The notes under the pieces: model-generated | Told to the model about the DNA's origin: nothing | The model's input: only the letters and a program-made list of their open reading frames with translations | Databases searched by the model: none | Shown here: in pieces, positions 42,293 through 56,479 of the stretch | How the letters are laid out: every line of letters starts with the position of its first letter | Numbering within the stretch: position 1 is the stretch's first letter | Made by a program: the position numbers and the translations under genes | DNA from: Gammaproteobacteria bacterium | Lineage (GTDB): Bacteria; Pseudomonadota; Gammaproteobacteria; Steroidobacterales; Steroidobacteraceae | Length of the DNA: 64,000 nt | Direction: 5' to 3' | NCBI GenBank assembly: GCA_031414335.1 | Contig: JANNVI010000044.1 | Span: 1,218 to 65,217 of the forward strand

Positions 42293-43542
42293 CGGTCGAT
42301 CTCCCCGAAAACGATATCCTGCGTGCCGATCACCGCGACCACGTCCGCGAGCATGTGGCCCTTGACCATTTCCTCGAGCGACGCCAGATGCACGAATCCC
42401 GGCGCCCGGCACTTCAGCCGGTATGGTTTGTTAGCGCCGTCGGACACGAGGTAGATGCCGAACTCGCCCTTGGGCGCTTCGACTGCGGCGTAGGTCTCGC
42501 CCGCGGGCACCGTATAGCCCTCGGTCATCAGCTTGAAGTGATGGATCAGCGATTCCATGTCGCCTTTCATTTCTTCGCGGCGCGGCGCGCGCACCTTGCT
42601 GTCATCCAGCATCACGGGCCCTGGATTGACTTTCAGCCACTCGACGCACTGTTTGACGATTCGATTGGACTGGCGCATCTCGGCCACACGCACCAGGTAG
42701 CGGTCGTAGCAATCGCCGTTCACGCCGACCGGAATGTCGAACTGCATGCGATCGTAGACTTCGTATGGCTGCTGCTTGCGCAAGTCCCAGGCGATGCCGG
42801 AGCCGCGCAGCATCGGCCCGGTAAAGCCGAGCTGCAACGCGCGCTCGGGACTCACCACGCCGATGTTGACAGTGCGCTGTTTCCAGATGCGGTTATCGGT
42901 CAGCAGGGTCTCGTATTCGTCGATCAAGGCCGGAAAGCGCTGCGTGAAGTCATCAATAAATTCCAGCAGGCCGGCGGCGCGCGCTTGGTTGAGGCGCGCG
43001 GCATCTTTCTCGCTGCGCCAGCGCGATGCCTGGTACTTCGGCATTTCTTTCGGCAGGTCGCGATACACGCCGCCCGGCCGGTAGTAGGTGGCGTGCATGC
43101 GCGTGCCGGACACCGCCTCGTAGCAGTCCATCAGGTCTTCGCGTTCCTTGAAACACAGCAGGAACACCGTCATCGCGCCGATATCGAGGCCGTGCGCACC
43201 AAGCCACATCAGGTGATTCAGGATGCGCGTGATCTCATCGAACATGACGCGGATGTACTGCGCCCTGAGCGGCGCCTGCAGGCCTAACAGACGTTCGATG
43301 GCCAGCACGTAAGCGTGCTCGCTGCACATCATCGACACGTAGTCGAGACGGTCCATGTAGCCGATCGACTGGTTGAATACCTTGGATTCCGCGAGCTTCT
43401 CGGTCGCGCGATGCAGCAGGCCGATGTGCGGATCCGCCTTCTGGATGGTCTCGCCGTCCATTTCCAGCACCAGGCGCAGTACGCCATGCGCAGCCGGATG
43501 CTGTGGCCCGAAGTTCAGGGTGAAATTACGAATCTCAGCCAC
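42289..43542 (-). CDS. nuoD: NADH-quinone oxidoreductase subunit D
   Basis: 417 aa ([22 protein letters not shown]...; ends ...DIVFGEIDR). Confidence 0.97.
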   Translation of the reverse strand: MAEIRNFTLNFGPQHPAAHGVLRLVLEMDGETIQKADPHIGLLHRATEKLAESKVFNQSIGYMDRLDYVSMMCSEHAYVLAIERLLGLQAPLRAQYIRVMFDEITRILNHLMWLGAHGLDIGAMTVFLLCFKEREDLMDCYEAVSGTRMHATYYRPGGVYRDLPKEMPKYQASRWRSEKDAARLNQARAAGLLEFIDDFTQRFPALIDEYETLLTDNRIWKQRTVNIGVVSPERALQLGFTGPMLRGSGIAWDLRKQQPYEVYDRMQFDIPVGVNGDCYDRYLVRVAEMRQSNRIVKQCVEWLKVNPGPVMLDDSKVRAPRREEMKGDMESLIHHFKLMTEGYTVPAGETYAAVEAPKGEFGIYLVSDGANKPYRLKCRAPGFVHLASLEEMVKGHMLADVVAVIGTQDIVFGEIDR

Positions 43543-44293
43543 GTTTGCCGTCCCCCGGCACTGTGGAATTAACCGCCGGGCGACTCAGCGCGGGGTCGTA
43601 GCGATGGTCGTCGCGGATGGTCTTGGGCACCAGCACGCGCGGCTCGATCGAGACAGGCTCGTACACCACGCGACCCTGGGTCGCGTCGTAACGCACCTCG
43701 ACATTGCCGATCAGAGGAAAATCCTTGCGAAACGGATGACCGATGAAGCCATAGTCCGTGAGAATGCGGCGCAGATCGACATGGCCGCGGAACAGGATGC
43801 CGTACAGATCGAAGGCTTCGCGTTCGAACCAGTTCGCCGAGGCCCAGATGCCGGCCACGGAATCGATGATCGGATCTTCGTTATCTTCGCCATACACGCG
43901 CAGCCGCAGGCGCTCGTTGTGCGTGACAGACAACAGTTGATAGGCGGCCGCAAAGCGCGCGCGATGCCCGCCCCAGGGCGCCTCGCCATGGCCGCTGCCG
44001 GCCGGACCGCGCGCCGCGCCACGACTGAATCCTGAGCGCGTCGCCGACTCGGTTTGCCACTCGCTGCTGCCGTACTCGAGGTAGTCGACACCGGCAATGT
44101 CGATCAGCATCTCGAAGCGCAGCGCCGGATGGTCGCGCAACACCGTAGCCACAGCTAACAAATTTGCCGCCGCAACCTCATAGCAGATTTCATCGCTCAG
44201 GGCCGGCAAGCGGCTGACGCGATCGCCCAATGCCGCCTGTACATTTGCCGCCAGGCGCTCGATCCTGGCGATACCGCTCAAGCCGACGCTCAC
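43535..44293 (-). CDS. nuoC: NADH-quinone oxidoreductase subunit C
   Basis: 252 aa ([25 protein letters not shown]) with a Gly/Ala/Arg-rich internal insertion. Confidence 0.93.
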   Translation of the reverse strand: MSVGLSGIARIERLAANVQAALGDRVSRLPALSDEICYEVAAANLLAVATVLRDHPALRFEMLIDIAGVDYLEYGSSEWQTESATRSGFSRGAARGPAGSGHGEAPWGGHRARFAAAYQLLSVTHNERLRLRVYGEDNEDPIIDSVAGIWASANWFEREAFDLYGILFRGHVDLRRILTDYGFIGHPFRKDFPLIGNVEVRYDATQGRVVYEPVSIEPRVLVPKTIRDDHRYDPALSRPAVNSTVPGDGKRG

Positions 44294-44811
44294 GCCGCGG
44301 CTCCCGCCAGCGGCCGCTTCGCCATCGCGCCACCGGCAATGGTGCTGGTGCGGGCGATTTTCTTCTGCAATTGAATGATGCCGTACAGCAGGGCCTCGGC
44401 CGTGGGCGGGCAGCCCGGCACGTAGACATCGACCGGCACGATGCGATCGCAGCCACGCACCACCGCATAGGAATAGTGGTAGTAGCCGCCTCCGTTGGCG
44501 CAGGAACCCATCGAGATCACCCAGCGCGGCTCGGCCATCTGGTCATAAACCTTGCGCAAGGCCGGCGCCATCTTGTTGACCAGGGTCCCGGCGACAATCA
44601 TCACATCCGACTGCCGTGGGCTGGGGCGAAACACCACGCCGAAGCGGTCGAGGTCGTAGCGCGAGGCGCCTGCATGCATCATTTCGATCGCGCAGCAGGC
44701 AAGCCCGAAAGTCATGGGCCACAAGGAACCGGTGCGTGCCCAATTGACGAGGTTATCAACGCCGGTGGTGACAAAGCCGCGTTGCGCAAACCCTTCTTCG
44801 TCTAATCCCAC
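44290..44811 (-). CDS. nuoB: NADH-quinone oxidoreductase subunit B
   Basis: [16 protein letters not shown]...[10 protein letters not shown]...VPGCPP. Start chosen at GTG 44811 (AGGGAG RBS 7 nt upstream). An alternative GTG lies at 44832. Confidence 0.9.
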   Translation of the reverse strand: MGLDEEGFAQRGFVTTGVDNLVNWARTGSLWPMTFGLACCAIEMMHAGASRYDLDRFGVVFRPSPRQSDVMIVAGTLVNKMAPALRKVYDQMAEPRWVISMGSCANGGGYYHYSYAVVRGCDRIVPVDVYVPGCPPTAEALLYGIIQLQKKIARTSTIAGGAMAKRPLAGAAA

Positions 44812-45170
44812 TCGAGCGCTCCCTTTTTCCACTCGTAGATGAAGCCCACGACCAGAATGAGCAGGAACAGGCCCATGGCAATCAGGCCGGGAGCGCCGAT
44901 GTCCCGGATGGCCACCGCCCAGGGAAACAGGAAGGCAATTTCGAGGTCGAAGATGATGAAGAGGATGGCCACCAGGTAATACCTGACGTCAAACTTCATG
45001 CGGCTGTCTTCAAAGGCCTCAAAGCCGCATTCGTAGGGGGATTTTTTCGCCGCGTCCTCGGGCTGACGGGTGAAATAACCGCCGATGGCCGTGCCCAGCA
45101 GCATCAAAACGACGGCTATGCCGGTCGCAACAGCTAGGAAAATCAGGACCGGAAGATAATTTGTTAGCAT
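44802..45170 (-). CDS. nuoA: NADH-quinone oxidoreductase subunit A
   Basis: Start moved to ATG 45168-45170 ([17 protein letters not shown]...). [10 protein letters not shown]...[15 protein letters not shown]. Confidence 0.92.
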   Translation of the reverse strand: MLTNYLPVLIFLAVATGIAVVLMLLGTAIGGYFTRQPEDAAKKSPYECGFEAFEDSRMKFDVRYYLVAILFIIFDLEIAFLFPWAVAIRDIGAPGLIAMGLFLLILVVGFIYEWKKGALEWD

Positions 45171-45266
45171 CGAACCGCCATTCACCGCGCGACCGCGCCG
45201 AACGGGGCGCAATTCTAGCAGTGCAGCATCATGCTGTGAAATCTAGATTTATACCTAGATTCGATT

Positions 45267-45351
45267 TGGTGCCGACGGGGAGACTCGAACTCCCACACCT
45301 TGCGGCGCTAGCCCCTCAAGCTAGTGTGTCTACCAATTCCACCACGTCGGC
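45267..45351 (-). tRNA. leuU: tRNA-Leu (anticodon GAG)
   Basis: The reverse complement GCCGACGTGGTGGAATTGGTAGACAC...CTTGAGGGG...(long variable arm)...GGGAGTTCGAGTCTCCCCGTCGGCACCA is like E. coli leuU. Sits in the same secG-leuU arrangement. Confidence 0.9.
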
Positions 45352-45376
45352 GAAAAATCTGATCCTGGCTACGGCG

Positions 45377-45754
45377 TTATTTTTTTTCCGGAGCCGCCGG
45401 CGTTGTCGCTGCGGCCGGCGCGGACGAAGTCACTGGGGGCAAGGCAGGCGCCGTGGTTGCCGGCACCGTGGCGGGCAGCGTGGTCGCGGGGACTTCCAGC
45501 AGCGGCTTGGGCGCTGCAACTTCCAGCTTGCCGGTGTAGGCCAGCACCAGGCTGTTGATCATGAAGATGATCGCGGCGATTGCGGTCGCCCGGGACAAGC
45601 CGGTAGTCGCACCACGCGCGCCAAAGACCGTGCCGGACGCGCCGGCGCCAAAACCAGCGCCCGCATCCGCGCCGCGGCCTCGTTGCAGCAACACCAGCGC
45701 GATGATGATCACCGCACTGAACAACTGCACACCTGTTAGAAAAATTCGCAACAT
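45377..45754 (-). CDS. secG: preprotein translocase subunit SecG
   Basis: 125 aa (ALVLLQRGRGADAGAGFGAGASGTVFGARG). Confidence 0.92.
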   Translation of the reverse strand: MLRIFLTGVQLFSAVIIIALVLLQRGRGADAGAGFGAGASGTVFGARGATTGLSRATAIAAIIFMINSLVLAYTGKLEVAAPKPLLEVPATTLPATVPATTAPALPPVTSSAPAAATTPAAPEKK

Positions 45755-45784
45755 AGTTTGGTATCCAATCCAGTCCTGATCGCG

Positions 45785-46540
45785 TCAGCCGTCCGCGGCC
45801 GCGACAATCGCCAAAAATTCATCCGCCTTCAGGGACGCGCCGCCGATCAAGCCGCCATCCACATCCGGCTTGGCAAACAGCTCCGCGGCATTCCCGGCCT
45901 TGACACTGCCGCCGTACAGGACGCGCGTCAGAGCGGCAATTTTAGCATCGTGGCCCGCCAACCGCCCCCGAATGAACCGGTGAACCTCCTGTGCCTGGTC
46001 AGGGCTCGCGGTCCGGCCGGTACCAATGGCCCAGACGGGCTCATAGGCGATCACGGCGCCTGCAAAGCTGGATACGCCGCTCAGTGCCAGGACCGCGTCC
46101 AGCTGGCGCGCAACCACGGCCTCTGTCTGGTCTGCTTCGCGCTCAGCCAGCAGCTCGCCGACGCACAAGATCGGGGTCAGTCCGGCTACCAGGGCGGCCG
46201 CGTACTTGCGGGCAACCAGCGCGTCCGTTTCGCCGAACAGGCTGCGACGCTCGGAATGGCCGACGATCACATGGCTGCAGCCCACGTCTTTCAGCATGCT
46301 GGCGGCAATTTCGCCGGTAAATGCGCCCGGCGCTTCCGCGCAGACCGTCTGGGCGCCCAGCCGCACGCGGCTGCCATGGATGGCGCGACCGACATCCGGC
46401 AAATAGAGCGCGGGCGGACAAACGACGCACTCGCTGGCGCCACGGTCTTTCAGACCCGCCAATACCGCCTCGATCAGGCGCGCGTTCTCGGCGCGCGATC
46501 CGTGCATTTTCCAGTTACCGGCAACAATCGGCTGGCGCAT
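45785..46540 (-). CDS. tpiA: triose-phosphate isomerase
   Basis: Start moved to ATG 46540 (MRQPIVAGNWKMHGS). VIVGHSERR, AYEPVWAIGTG, YGGS. Confidence 0.95.
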   Translation of the reverse strand: MRQPIVAGNWKMHGSRAENARLIEAVLAGLKDRGASECVVCPPALYLPDVGRAIHGSRVRLGAQTVCAEAPGAFTGEIAASMLKDVGCSHVIVGHSERRSLFGETDALVARKYAAALVAGLTPILCVGELLAEREADQTEAVVARQLDAVLALSGVSSFAGAVIAYEPVWAIGTGRTASPDQAQEVHRFIRGRLAGHDAKIAALTRVLYGGSVKAGNAAELFAKPDVDGGLIGGASLKADEFLAIVAAADG

Positions 46541-46633
46541 GGGCTGGGCCTTGCCCGTGGGGGGCATGAAAAAGGGGCGCGATCATAGCGGCGCAGCTGG
46601 CGCCGGGCAACCAAAGTCGGCGGAGATTGGGAC

Positions 46634-47968
46634 TCAGGCGGCGGCGCGACGGACCACGTCCGCCAGTTCGTTGGCACAGGCGGCCGTGGTCGGCTGGTCC
46701 CGCCCTTCGACCATCACCCGGATCACGGGTTCGGTGCCGGAGGCGCGCAGCACCACGCGACCTGCGCCTGCCAGCCGAAGTTCGATGGCGGCCACCGCGT
46801 CCCGCACTTTGGCATTGGCTGAGGGGTCGAAACGCTGCGCGACGCGCACATTGACCATGACCTGCGGCATCTTGCTCATGCCTGCCGTGAGCTCCTGCAG
46901 CGTCTTGCCGGTCTCGCGCATCACCGCGAGCACCTGCAGCGCCGCCACCATCGCGTCGCCGGTCGTGGCCTTGTCGAGGCACAGGAGATGCCCTGAAGTC
47001 TCGCCACCTAACACGCCACCGGTTTCCTTGAGCATGGCGAGCACATGCCGGTCACCCACCTGGGCGCGGCGAAACTCGATGCCAAGCTCCCGCAGCCCCA
47101 GCTCGAGTCCCAGGTTGCTCATCAACGTGCCGACCACGGGACCCTTGAGTTGTTTCGCGGCGGCGCGCGCCCGCGCAATGATGTAGATGAGCTGGTCGCC
47201 GTCAATGGCAGTGCCGGTATGGTCGACCATGACCAGCCGATCGCCGTCGCCATCCAACGCGATGCCAGCGTGCGCCTTGACGCCCGGCACCATCATTTCC
47301 AGCAACTTGGTGTCGGTCGAACCGCAGCCTTCGTTGATATTGCGGCCGTTAGGCGAGCAGCCAATCGGAATGACCTGCGCGCCGAGATCGCCGAGAATGC
47401 GCGGCGCCACCTTATAGCCCGCGCCATTGGCGCAATCGATGGCCAGTGTCATGCCCTCGAGCGTCATGCCGGCCGGCAGGGTGCCGGCGCAGAATTCCTG
47501 GTAAAAGGTGCGGGACTTGTCGACGCGGCGCGCGGTGCCCAGGCTTTCCGACGGGCGCGTGATGGCCCCTTTGGCCAGTTCCGCTTCGATGGCTTCCTCG
47601 ACTTCGTCCGACAGCTTGCTGCCATGGCGGTCAAAAAACTTGATGCCGTTATCCATGTACTTGTTGTGCGAGGCGCTGATCACGACGCCAAAATCACACT
47701 CAAACTTGCAGGTCAGGTAGGCAATGCCCGGGGTCGGCAACGGCCCGATCAACATGACATTGACGCCCGAGGCGACGAAACCCGCCTCCAGCGCTGCTTC
47801 GAACAGGTAGCCCGACACACGGGTGTCCTTGCCGATCAGGACCGAGCCGCCTTTGGGCGCAAGCACGCGCGCGGCGGCGCTCGCCAGCGTCAGCGCAAAT
47901 TCGGCGGTCATCGGATGTTCGCCGACCCGGCCGCGCACTCCGTCAGTTCCGAAATACTTACGGGCCAT
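46634..47968 (-). CDS. glmM: phosphoglucosamine mutase
   Basis: 444 aa (YFGTDGVRG, phosphoserine loop GVVISASHN, DGDGDR, GGETSGH). Confidence 0.96.
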   Translation of the reverse strand: MARKYFGTDGVRGRVGEHPMTAEFALTLASAAARVLAPKGGSVLIGKDTRVSGYLFEAALEAGFVASGVNVMLIGPLPTPGIAYLTCKFECDFGVVISASHNKYMDNGIKFFDRHGSKLSDEVEEAIEAELAKGAITRPSESLGTARRVDKSRTFYQEFCAGTLPAGMTLEGMTLAIDCANGAGYKVAPRILGDLGAQVIPIGCSPNGRNINEGCGSTDTKLLEMMVPGVKAHAGIALDGDGDRLVMVDHTGTAIDGDQLIYIIARARAAAKQLKGPVVGTLMSNLGLELGLRELGIEFRRAQVGDRHVLAMLKETGGVLGGETSGHLLCLDKATTGDAMVAALQVLAVMRETGKTLQELTAGMSKMPQVMVNVRVAQRFDPSANAKVRDAVAAIELRLAGAGRVVLRASGTEPVIRVMVEGRDQPTTAACANELADVVRRAAA

Positions 47969-47972
47969 AAAA

Positions 47973-48806
47973 TCAGATCCCTTGCTCTACCTGGCGTATT
48001 ACCCGCAACACATCTACTGTCTCCTGGACATCATGCGCGCGCACGATACGCGCTCCCGCATGAATCGCAAGCATGGCTAACGCCAGGCTCCCTGCGAGAC
48101 GCTCGCCGACTGCGCGGCCTGTTAGCAAACCGACCAGCGACTTGCGCGACAGGCCGGCCAGCACCGGCACTCCCAGTTGCGCGATCTCCGGCAAGCCGCG
48201 CAGCAACGCCAGATTATGCGCCGCGGTCTTGCCAAAGCCGAATCCCGGATCAACCACCAGCCTGTCAGCAGCAATGCCGGCGGCACGACAAGCCTGCAGG
48301 CGTTCGGCCAGGAACGCCTTGACCTCCGTCACGACATCGGAATACGAGGGATCGTTTTGCATGGTCTGGGGCTCGCCCTGCGCATGCATCACGCAAGCCG
48401 CCAGCCGGGTTGCCGCCAGCGCCGCGAGCGCTCCAGGACGGCGGAAGCCGCGCACATCGTTGATCATCCCCGCGCCGGCCTCGGCGGCCAGCCGCATCAC
48501 TTCCGCGGAACTCGTGTCGACCGAAACCAGCACCTCGCGCCTGGCAAGGCCCTCGACCACCGGCAACACGCGCGCGATCTCCTGGTCGATGGAAACTGGT
48601 TGCGCGCCTGGCCGGGTTGATTCCCCGCCGACATCCACGATCGCGGCACCCTCTGCCTGCATGGCGAGGCCCGCATCGATCGCAGCTAACAGGCTGGGAT
48701 AACGGCCACCGTCGGAGAATGAATCCGGCGTGATATTCAAGATGCCCATGACCACCGGCTGGCTCAAATCCAGCCGCCGGTCGCCGCAAGCTAACAGGCC
48801 GTTCAA
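47973..48806 (-). CDS. folP: dihydropteroate synthase
   Basis: VMGILNITPDSFSDGG, IVDVGGESTRPG, DPGFGFGK. The ORF-track start at 48977 would overlap ftsH by 150 nt, so an in-frame TTG at 48804-48806 (MNGLLACGDRRLDL...) is preferred. The start is uncertain. Confidence 0.85.
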   Translation of the reverse strand: MNGLLACGDRRLDLSQPVVMGILNITPDSFSDGGRYPSLLAAIDAGLAMQAEGAAIVDVGGESTRPGAQPVSIDQEIARVLPVVEGLARREVLVSVDTSSAEVMRLAAEAGAGMINDVRGFRRPGALAALAATRLAACVMHAQGEPQTMQNDPSYSDVVTEVKAFLAERLQACRAAGIAADRLVVDPGFGFGKTAAHNLALLRGLPEIAQLGVPVLAGLSRKSLVGLLTGRAVGERLAGSLALAMLAIHAGARIVRAHDVQETVDVLRVIRQVEQGI

Positions 48807-48825
48807 GTTGGCCGCCAGCTGGACC

Positions 48826-50748
48826 TCAGCTGGCGCTGCCCGGCGCCGGTGTACCGACACCGCCCGGCCCCGCCTCGGGGGGCGGCGGCCTGAACCCGCC
48901 CTTGGTGCCGATGCTGTCGTCCCAGTCTGCGGGCGGGCTCGGCGGGCGGCCCTCCATGATTTCCTTAATCTGGCCATCGTCGATGGTTTCGTACTTGATC
49001 AGGGCCTGCGCCATCGCGTCGAGTTTGTCGCGATGCTCAGTCAGGATAGTCTTGGCGCGCTGATAGGCCGAATCGATCACCCGGCGCACCTCGATGTCGA
49101 TGACATGGGCTGTCTCATCCGAGACCTGCTTGTTCTGCGTCACCGAACGTCCCAGGAATACCTCGCCGCTTTCCTCGAGATAGGTCAGCGGGCCCAGGCG
49201 GTCTGACAGGCCCCACTTGGTCACCATGTTGCGGGCCAGGGTGGTGGCGCGCTCGATGTCGTTGGACGCGCCGGTGGTGACCGCGTCCTTGCCAAAGGCC
49301 AGTTCCTCGGCGATGCGGCCGCCGAACAAGCTCGAAATCTGCGACTCGAGCCGCTGACGGCTGTAGCTGTAGCGATCTTCTTCCGGCAGGAAGAACGTCA
49401 CGCCTAACGCACGGCCGCGCGGGATGATCGTGACCTTGTACACCGGATCATGCTCCGGCAGGTTGACGCCGACGATCGCATGCCCGGCCTCGTGATAGGC
49501 GGTATTGAGCTTTTCCTTTTCGCTCATCACCATGGAGCGGCGCTCCGTGCCCATCATGATCTTGTCCTTGGCTTTCTCCAGCTCTTCCATGTTGACGGTG
49601 CGCTTGTTAGCACGCGCGGCAAACAGCGCCGCCTCGTTGACCAGATTGGCAAGATCGGCGCCCGAGAACCCGGGCGTGCCGCGCGCGATCAGCGCCGGCT
49701 TGACGTCATCGCCCAGCGGCACCTTGCGCATATGCACGCGCAGGATCTGCTCGCGGCCACGGACATCGGGCAGCGGCACCACGACCTGGCGGTCGAAGCG
49801 GCCCGGGCGCAGCAGCGCCGGGTCGAGGACATCCGGGCGGTTGGTCGCGGCGATGACGATGATGCCTTCATTGCCTTCGAAGCCGTCCATCTCCACCAGC
49901 AGCTGGTTGAGGGTCTGTTCGCGCTCGTCGTGGCCACCGCCAAGTCCAGCGCCGCGATGGCGCCCGACCGCGTCGATTTCGTCGATGAAGATGATGCACG
50001 GCGCGGTCTTCTTGGCCTGCTCGAACATGTCGCGCACGCGCGAGGCGCCCACACCGACAAACATTTCGACGAAATCGGAACCGGAAATCGTGAAGAACGG
50101 CACCTTGGCCTCGCCGGCAATCGCGCGCGCCAGCAGAGTCTTGCCGGTGCCGGGCGAGCCGACCATCAGCACGCCCTTGGGGATCTTGCCGCCCAGCTTC
50201 TGGAACTTGCCCGGGTCCTTGAGGAAGTCGACGATTTCGCCCACTTCCTGCTTGGCTTCATCGACGCCCGCGACATCCGCAAACGTGACATTGACCTGGT
50301 CCTCACCTAACAACCGCGCGCGGCTCTTGCCGAACGACATGGCGCCACGGCCATTGCCGCCACCCTGCATCTGCCGCAGCATGTAGAAAAACAGGAACAG
50401 CACCAGCGCTACCGGCGCGAGTTGCAGCAGGATCTGGTAGATCAACGGCGTTTCCGGCGGCGGCTCGGACTTGATGCGCACGCGGGACTTGTCGAGCATG
50501 CCGATCAGGGCCGTGTAATCGGTTTCCGGGTTGTGGACTTTGAGCTTGCTCTGGTTCTTGTCGAGCGCGTAGATCATCCCGCCCTGCAGGGTCACCTCGC
50601 TGACATCGCCACTGCGGACCTTGGCGAGAAAATCGGAATACGCAAGTTCGGCAGGTTGCGCCCCACGCGGCATGAATTCACTGAAAACCAGCAACAGGGC
50701 CACCAAGACTACGGCCCAGATGGCGAAATTCTTGAATGAATCGTTCAT
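48826..50748 (-). CDS. ftsH: ATP-dependent zinc metalloprotease FtsH
   Basis: 640 aa with Walker [32 protein letters not shown] and the Zn site HEAGHA. Confidence 0.97.
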   Translation of the reverse strand: MNDSFKNFAIWAVVLVALLLVFSEFMPRGAQPAELAYSDFLAKVRSGDVSEVTLQGGMIYALDKNQSKLKVHNPETDYTALIGMLDKSRVRIKSEPPPETPLIYQILLQLAPVALVLFLFFYMLRQMQGGGNGRGAMSFGKSRARLLGEDQVNVTFADVAGVDEAKQEVGEIVDFLKDPGKFQKLGGKIPKGVLMVGSPGTGKTLLARAIAGEAKVPFFTISGSDFVEMFVGVGASRVRDMFEQAKKTAPCIIFIDEIDAVGRHRGAGLGGGHDEREQTLNQLLVEMDGFEGNEGIIVIAATNRPDVLDPALLRPGRFDRQVVVPLPDVRGREQILRVHMRKVPLGDDVKPALIARGTPGFSGADLANLVNEAALFAARANKRTVNMEELEKAKDKIMMGTERRSMVMSEKEKLNTAYHEAGHAIVGVNLPEHDPVYKVTIIPRGRALGVTFFLPEEDRYSYSRQRLESQISSLFGGRIAEELAFGKDAVTTGASNDIERATTLARNMVTKWGLSDRLGPLTYLEESGEVFLGRSVTQNKQVSDETAHVIDIEVRRVIDSAYQRAKTILTEHRDKLDAMAQALIKYETIDDGQIKEIMEGRPPSPPADWDDSIGTKGGFRPPPPEAGPGGVGTPAPGSAS

Positions 50749-50792
50749 GTATTCCTCTTTGGATCGACCCTACACCATTCAGTTCCCACCGG

Positions 50793-50981
50793 CTATGCCG
50801 GGGGTTTCAGCGCCGCGAGATCCAGGTCGCGACCCCCGCCTTTGCCTACAACGTATAACTCAGGACTACGGTCTCGGGAGGCAGCCGGATTCGCAAATTT
50901 GACCTTTTTCGAAGATTTGTCCCATGGCGGCGACCCGCTGGGGCAAAGCGACACCCAAGAACGCTTGCATAAGGGCGTCAC
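50793..50981 (-). pseudogene. rlmE: probable 3' remnant of rlmE/ftsJ (23S rRNA U2552 2'-O-methyltransferase)
   Basis: The 62-aa ORF ends ...SKKVKFANPAASRDRSPELYVVGKGG, resembling the RlmE C-terminus (E. coli ...[29 protein letters not shown]). It sits exactly where rlmE lies upstream of ftsH, but only ~270 bp separate ftsH from divergent yhbY. Confidence 0.4.
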
Positions 50982-51018
50982 TCCCCGACTTCAAGACCCA
51001 GTATGCGAAAATGATCGG

Positions 51019-51315
51019 ATGGACCTGAACGAACGACAGCGAAAATTCCTGCGCGGACTCGCGCACGCACTGAACCCGGTGATTTGGATCGGCAATGCCG
51101 GGCTCAGCGACGCGGTTGTGCGGGAGACGCAGAACGCGCTGGAGTCGCACGAGCTCATCAAGGTCAAGGCGCGCGGCGCCGAGCGTGGCGCGCGCGATGA
51201 CCTGCTTGGGCAACTGGCCAAACGCAGTGACAGCGTACTGGTGCATCGTATCGGTCATGTGGGCGTGCTATACCGGCAGCATCCGAAGCTGCCCAAGATT
51301 GTCATTCCGGACTGA
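51019..51315 (+). CDS. yhbY: ribosome assembly RNA-binding protein YhbY (CRM domain)
   Basis: Start moved to ATG 51019 (MDLNERQRKFLRGLAHALNPVIWIGNAGLSDAVVRETQNALESHELIKVK...), colinear with E. coli YhbY. Confidence 0.9.
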   Translation: MDLNERQRKFLRGLAHALNPVIWIGNAGLSDAVVRETQNALESHELIKVKARGAERGARDDLLGQLAKRSDSVLVHRIGHVGVLYRQHPKLPKIVIPD

Positions 51316-51321
51316 CGCGGG

Positions 51322-51794
51322 CTATTCGTAGCGGACTTTGACGACTTCAAAGCTGCGCACGCCACCAGGCGCGGTTACGGCCACTTCATCGCCAACGCTC
51401 TTGCCGATCAGTGCGCGGGCGATCGGCGAGGTGATCGCGATGCGGCCGGCCTTGATATCCGCCTCGTCCTCGCCAACCAGCCGGTAAACGACCTTGGTCC
51501 CGTCGTCGAGATTCTCGATCTCGACCGTGGCGCCGAAAATCACCTTGCCGGTGTTAGGTATCGCGGTGACGTCAATGATCTCGCAATTGCCGAGCTTGGA
51601 TTCGATGTCGCCGATGCGGCCTTCGATGAACCCCTGCTGCTCGCGCGCGGCATGGTATTCGGCATTTTCAGACAGATCGCCATGGCTGCGCGCCTCGGCA
51701 ATCGCCTTGATGACCGCCGGCCGTGACTCGCTCTTGAGCTTCTTCAGCTCGGCGCGCAATTGCTCGGCGCCGCGCAGGGTCATTGGACTTCGCT

Positions 51795-51798
<4 letters not shown>
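51322..51798 (-). CDS. greA: transcription elongation factor GreA
   Basis: 158 aa ([38 protein letters not shown]-like). Confidence 0.95.
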
Positions 51799-55031
<3,233 letters not shown>

Positions 55032-55032
55032 G

Positions 55033-56211
55033 CTAACGCCCAGCGCCCGTGTTGAGCTTCTTCAACTGGTTCGCAAGACGGCGCACCATCAGCTGGGTAA
55101 AGCTCTCAAACAACGCCTTGAGATCATGGGGCCCGGGGCTGGCCTCGGGATGCCCCTGGAAACTGAAGGCCGGCTTGTCGGTGCGCCGAATGCCCTGCAG
55201 CGTGCCGTCGAACAGCGAACGGTGCGTCGGCTTCAGGTTGGCTGGCAGGCTGCTTTCATCGACTGCGAAACCGTGATTCTGCGAGGTAATCAGCACCCGC
55301 CCGGTTTCCAGGTCCTGCACCGGGTGATTGGCGCCATGATGACCGAACTTCATCTTGACGGTCTTTGCACCGCTCGCCAGAGCTAACAATTGGTGGCCGA
55401 GGCAGATGCCGAACATTGGCAGATTGGTCGCAACAAGATCGCGAATTGCATTGATCGCGTAGTCGCAGGGCTCCGGGTCGCCCGGACCGTTGCTGAGAAA
55501 TATGCCATCGGGCTGCAGCGCAATCACCTCGGCGGCCGTGGTCTTGGCAGGCACAACCGTCATTCGCCCGCCCTGGTCAGCTAACAGGCGCAGGATGTTG
55601 CGCTTGATGCCAAAATCGTAGGCCACGACGTGCATGCGCTGATGCGCCCGGATCGGCGGACGCGATGGGGCATCGAAAGTGGAGCCGTCGTTCCACTGGT
55701 AGCTGCGCGGTGTGGTGACAATCTGCGCGAGGTCCATGCCCTTGAGGCCCGCAAAGGCGCGCGCCGCCCGTACCGCCGCATCGATATCGATGCTGGCGCC
55801 GGCCGCGATGCAGCCCGCCTGCGCGCCCTGTTCCCGCAACATGCGGGTCAGCTTGCGCGTGTCGATGCCAGCAATCGCGACCGTGCGGCAACGCTGCAGA
55901 AAACCCGGCAGCGTTTCCGACATGCGCCAGTTGCTGGCCTGCAACGGCAGGTCGCGAATGATCAAGCCCGCGGCAAAGATTTCCGACGCCTCCATGTCCT
56001 CGGCGTTAGCACCGGTGTTGCCGATGTGCGGGTAGGTCAGCGTGACCAACTGTCTTGAGTAGGAGGGGTCGGTGAGAATTTCCTGGTAGCCGGTCATCGC
56101 GGTGTTGAATACCACTTCGCCGACGCTTTGCCCGATGGCGCCAATTGATTGGCCGCGAAAAACCGTGCCGTCAGCTAACGCCAGCACCGCAGGTACACTC
56201 ACGCGCTTCAT
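55033..56211 (-). CDS. carA: carbamoyl-phosphate synthase small subunit
   Basis: Start moved to ATG 56211 ([20 protein letters not shown]). Glutaminase triad region [31 protein letters not shown]. Confidence 0.96.
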   Translation of the reverse strand: MKRVSVPAVLALADGTVFRGQSIGAIGQSVGEVVFNTAMTGYQEILTDPSYSRQLVTLTYPHIGNTGANAEDMEASEIFAAGLIIRDLPLQASNWRMSETLPGFLQRCRTVAIAGIDTRKLTRMLREQGAQAGCIAAGASIDIDAAVRAARAFAGLKGMDLAQIVTTPRSYQWNDGSTFDAPSRPPIRAHQRMHVVAYDFGIKRNILRLLADQGGRMTVVPAKTTAAEVIALQPDGIFLSNGPGDPEPCDYAINAIRDLVATNLPMFGICLGHQLLALASGAKTVKMKFGHHGANHPVQDLETGRVLITSQNHGFAVDESSLPANLKPTHRSLFDGTLQGIRRTDKPAFSFQGHPEASPGPHDLKALFESFTQLMVRRLANQLKKLNTGAGR

Positions 56212-56303
56212 CCCCTTCAGCCGGCGCCAAGCTGCGCCCGCCACAAAAATTGTTCCAGCTCTCCGTGGCTAGCAGGCAGGTTTTCAGGCCGCGCATGTGC
56301 AAA

Positions 56304-56333
56304 GCGGGAGGGGCTCTTGCGACCCCCTCCCGC
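56304..56333 (-). terminator. GC-rich hairpin downstream of dapB (weak terminator candidate)
   Basis: Perfect 10-bp stem gcgggagggg/cccctcccgc with a 10-nt loop. Only a short U-run (ttt) follows on the minus strand. Confidence 0.35.
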
Positions 56334-56479
56334 CCTGCGTGGACCAACCCGCGGATACGGATTAGGCCGAAATTTTACGATTTAGCACGGTCCCCGTCCA
56401 TGAAAAACCGGGCTGATTTGCGGAAAATTTGGCGAGAAAAACCTTGCGTTTTTCAGCACATAATCGTCTAAGTCTTTGT

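Noticed and set aside
42293-42412. Upstream extension of the nuoE ORF (40 extra codons) overlapping nuoD. Similarly, the folP ORF extension 48807-48977 overlaps ftsH.
   Set aside because: The extensions are Arg/Gly-rich and non-homologous, and they overlap the conserved C-termini of the upstream genes. In-frame GTG (42292) and TTG (48806) starts give normal protein lengths.
56380-56400. A CIRCE (HrcA operator) half-site-like TTAGCAC upstream of carA, and a general search for CIRCE near hrcA, grpE and dnaK.
   Set aside because: No inverted partner GAGTGCTAA lies at a 9-nt spacing here, and nothing CIRCE-like occurs in 60441-60523, 61103-61188 or 62266-62377. A weak sigma32-like CTTGATT-N14-CCAATTGT upstream of dnaK (60474-60502, minus) is too degenerate to call.
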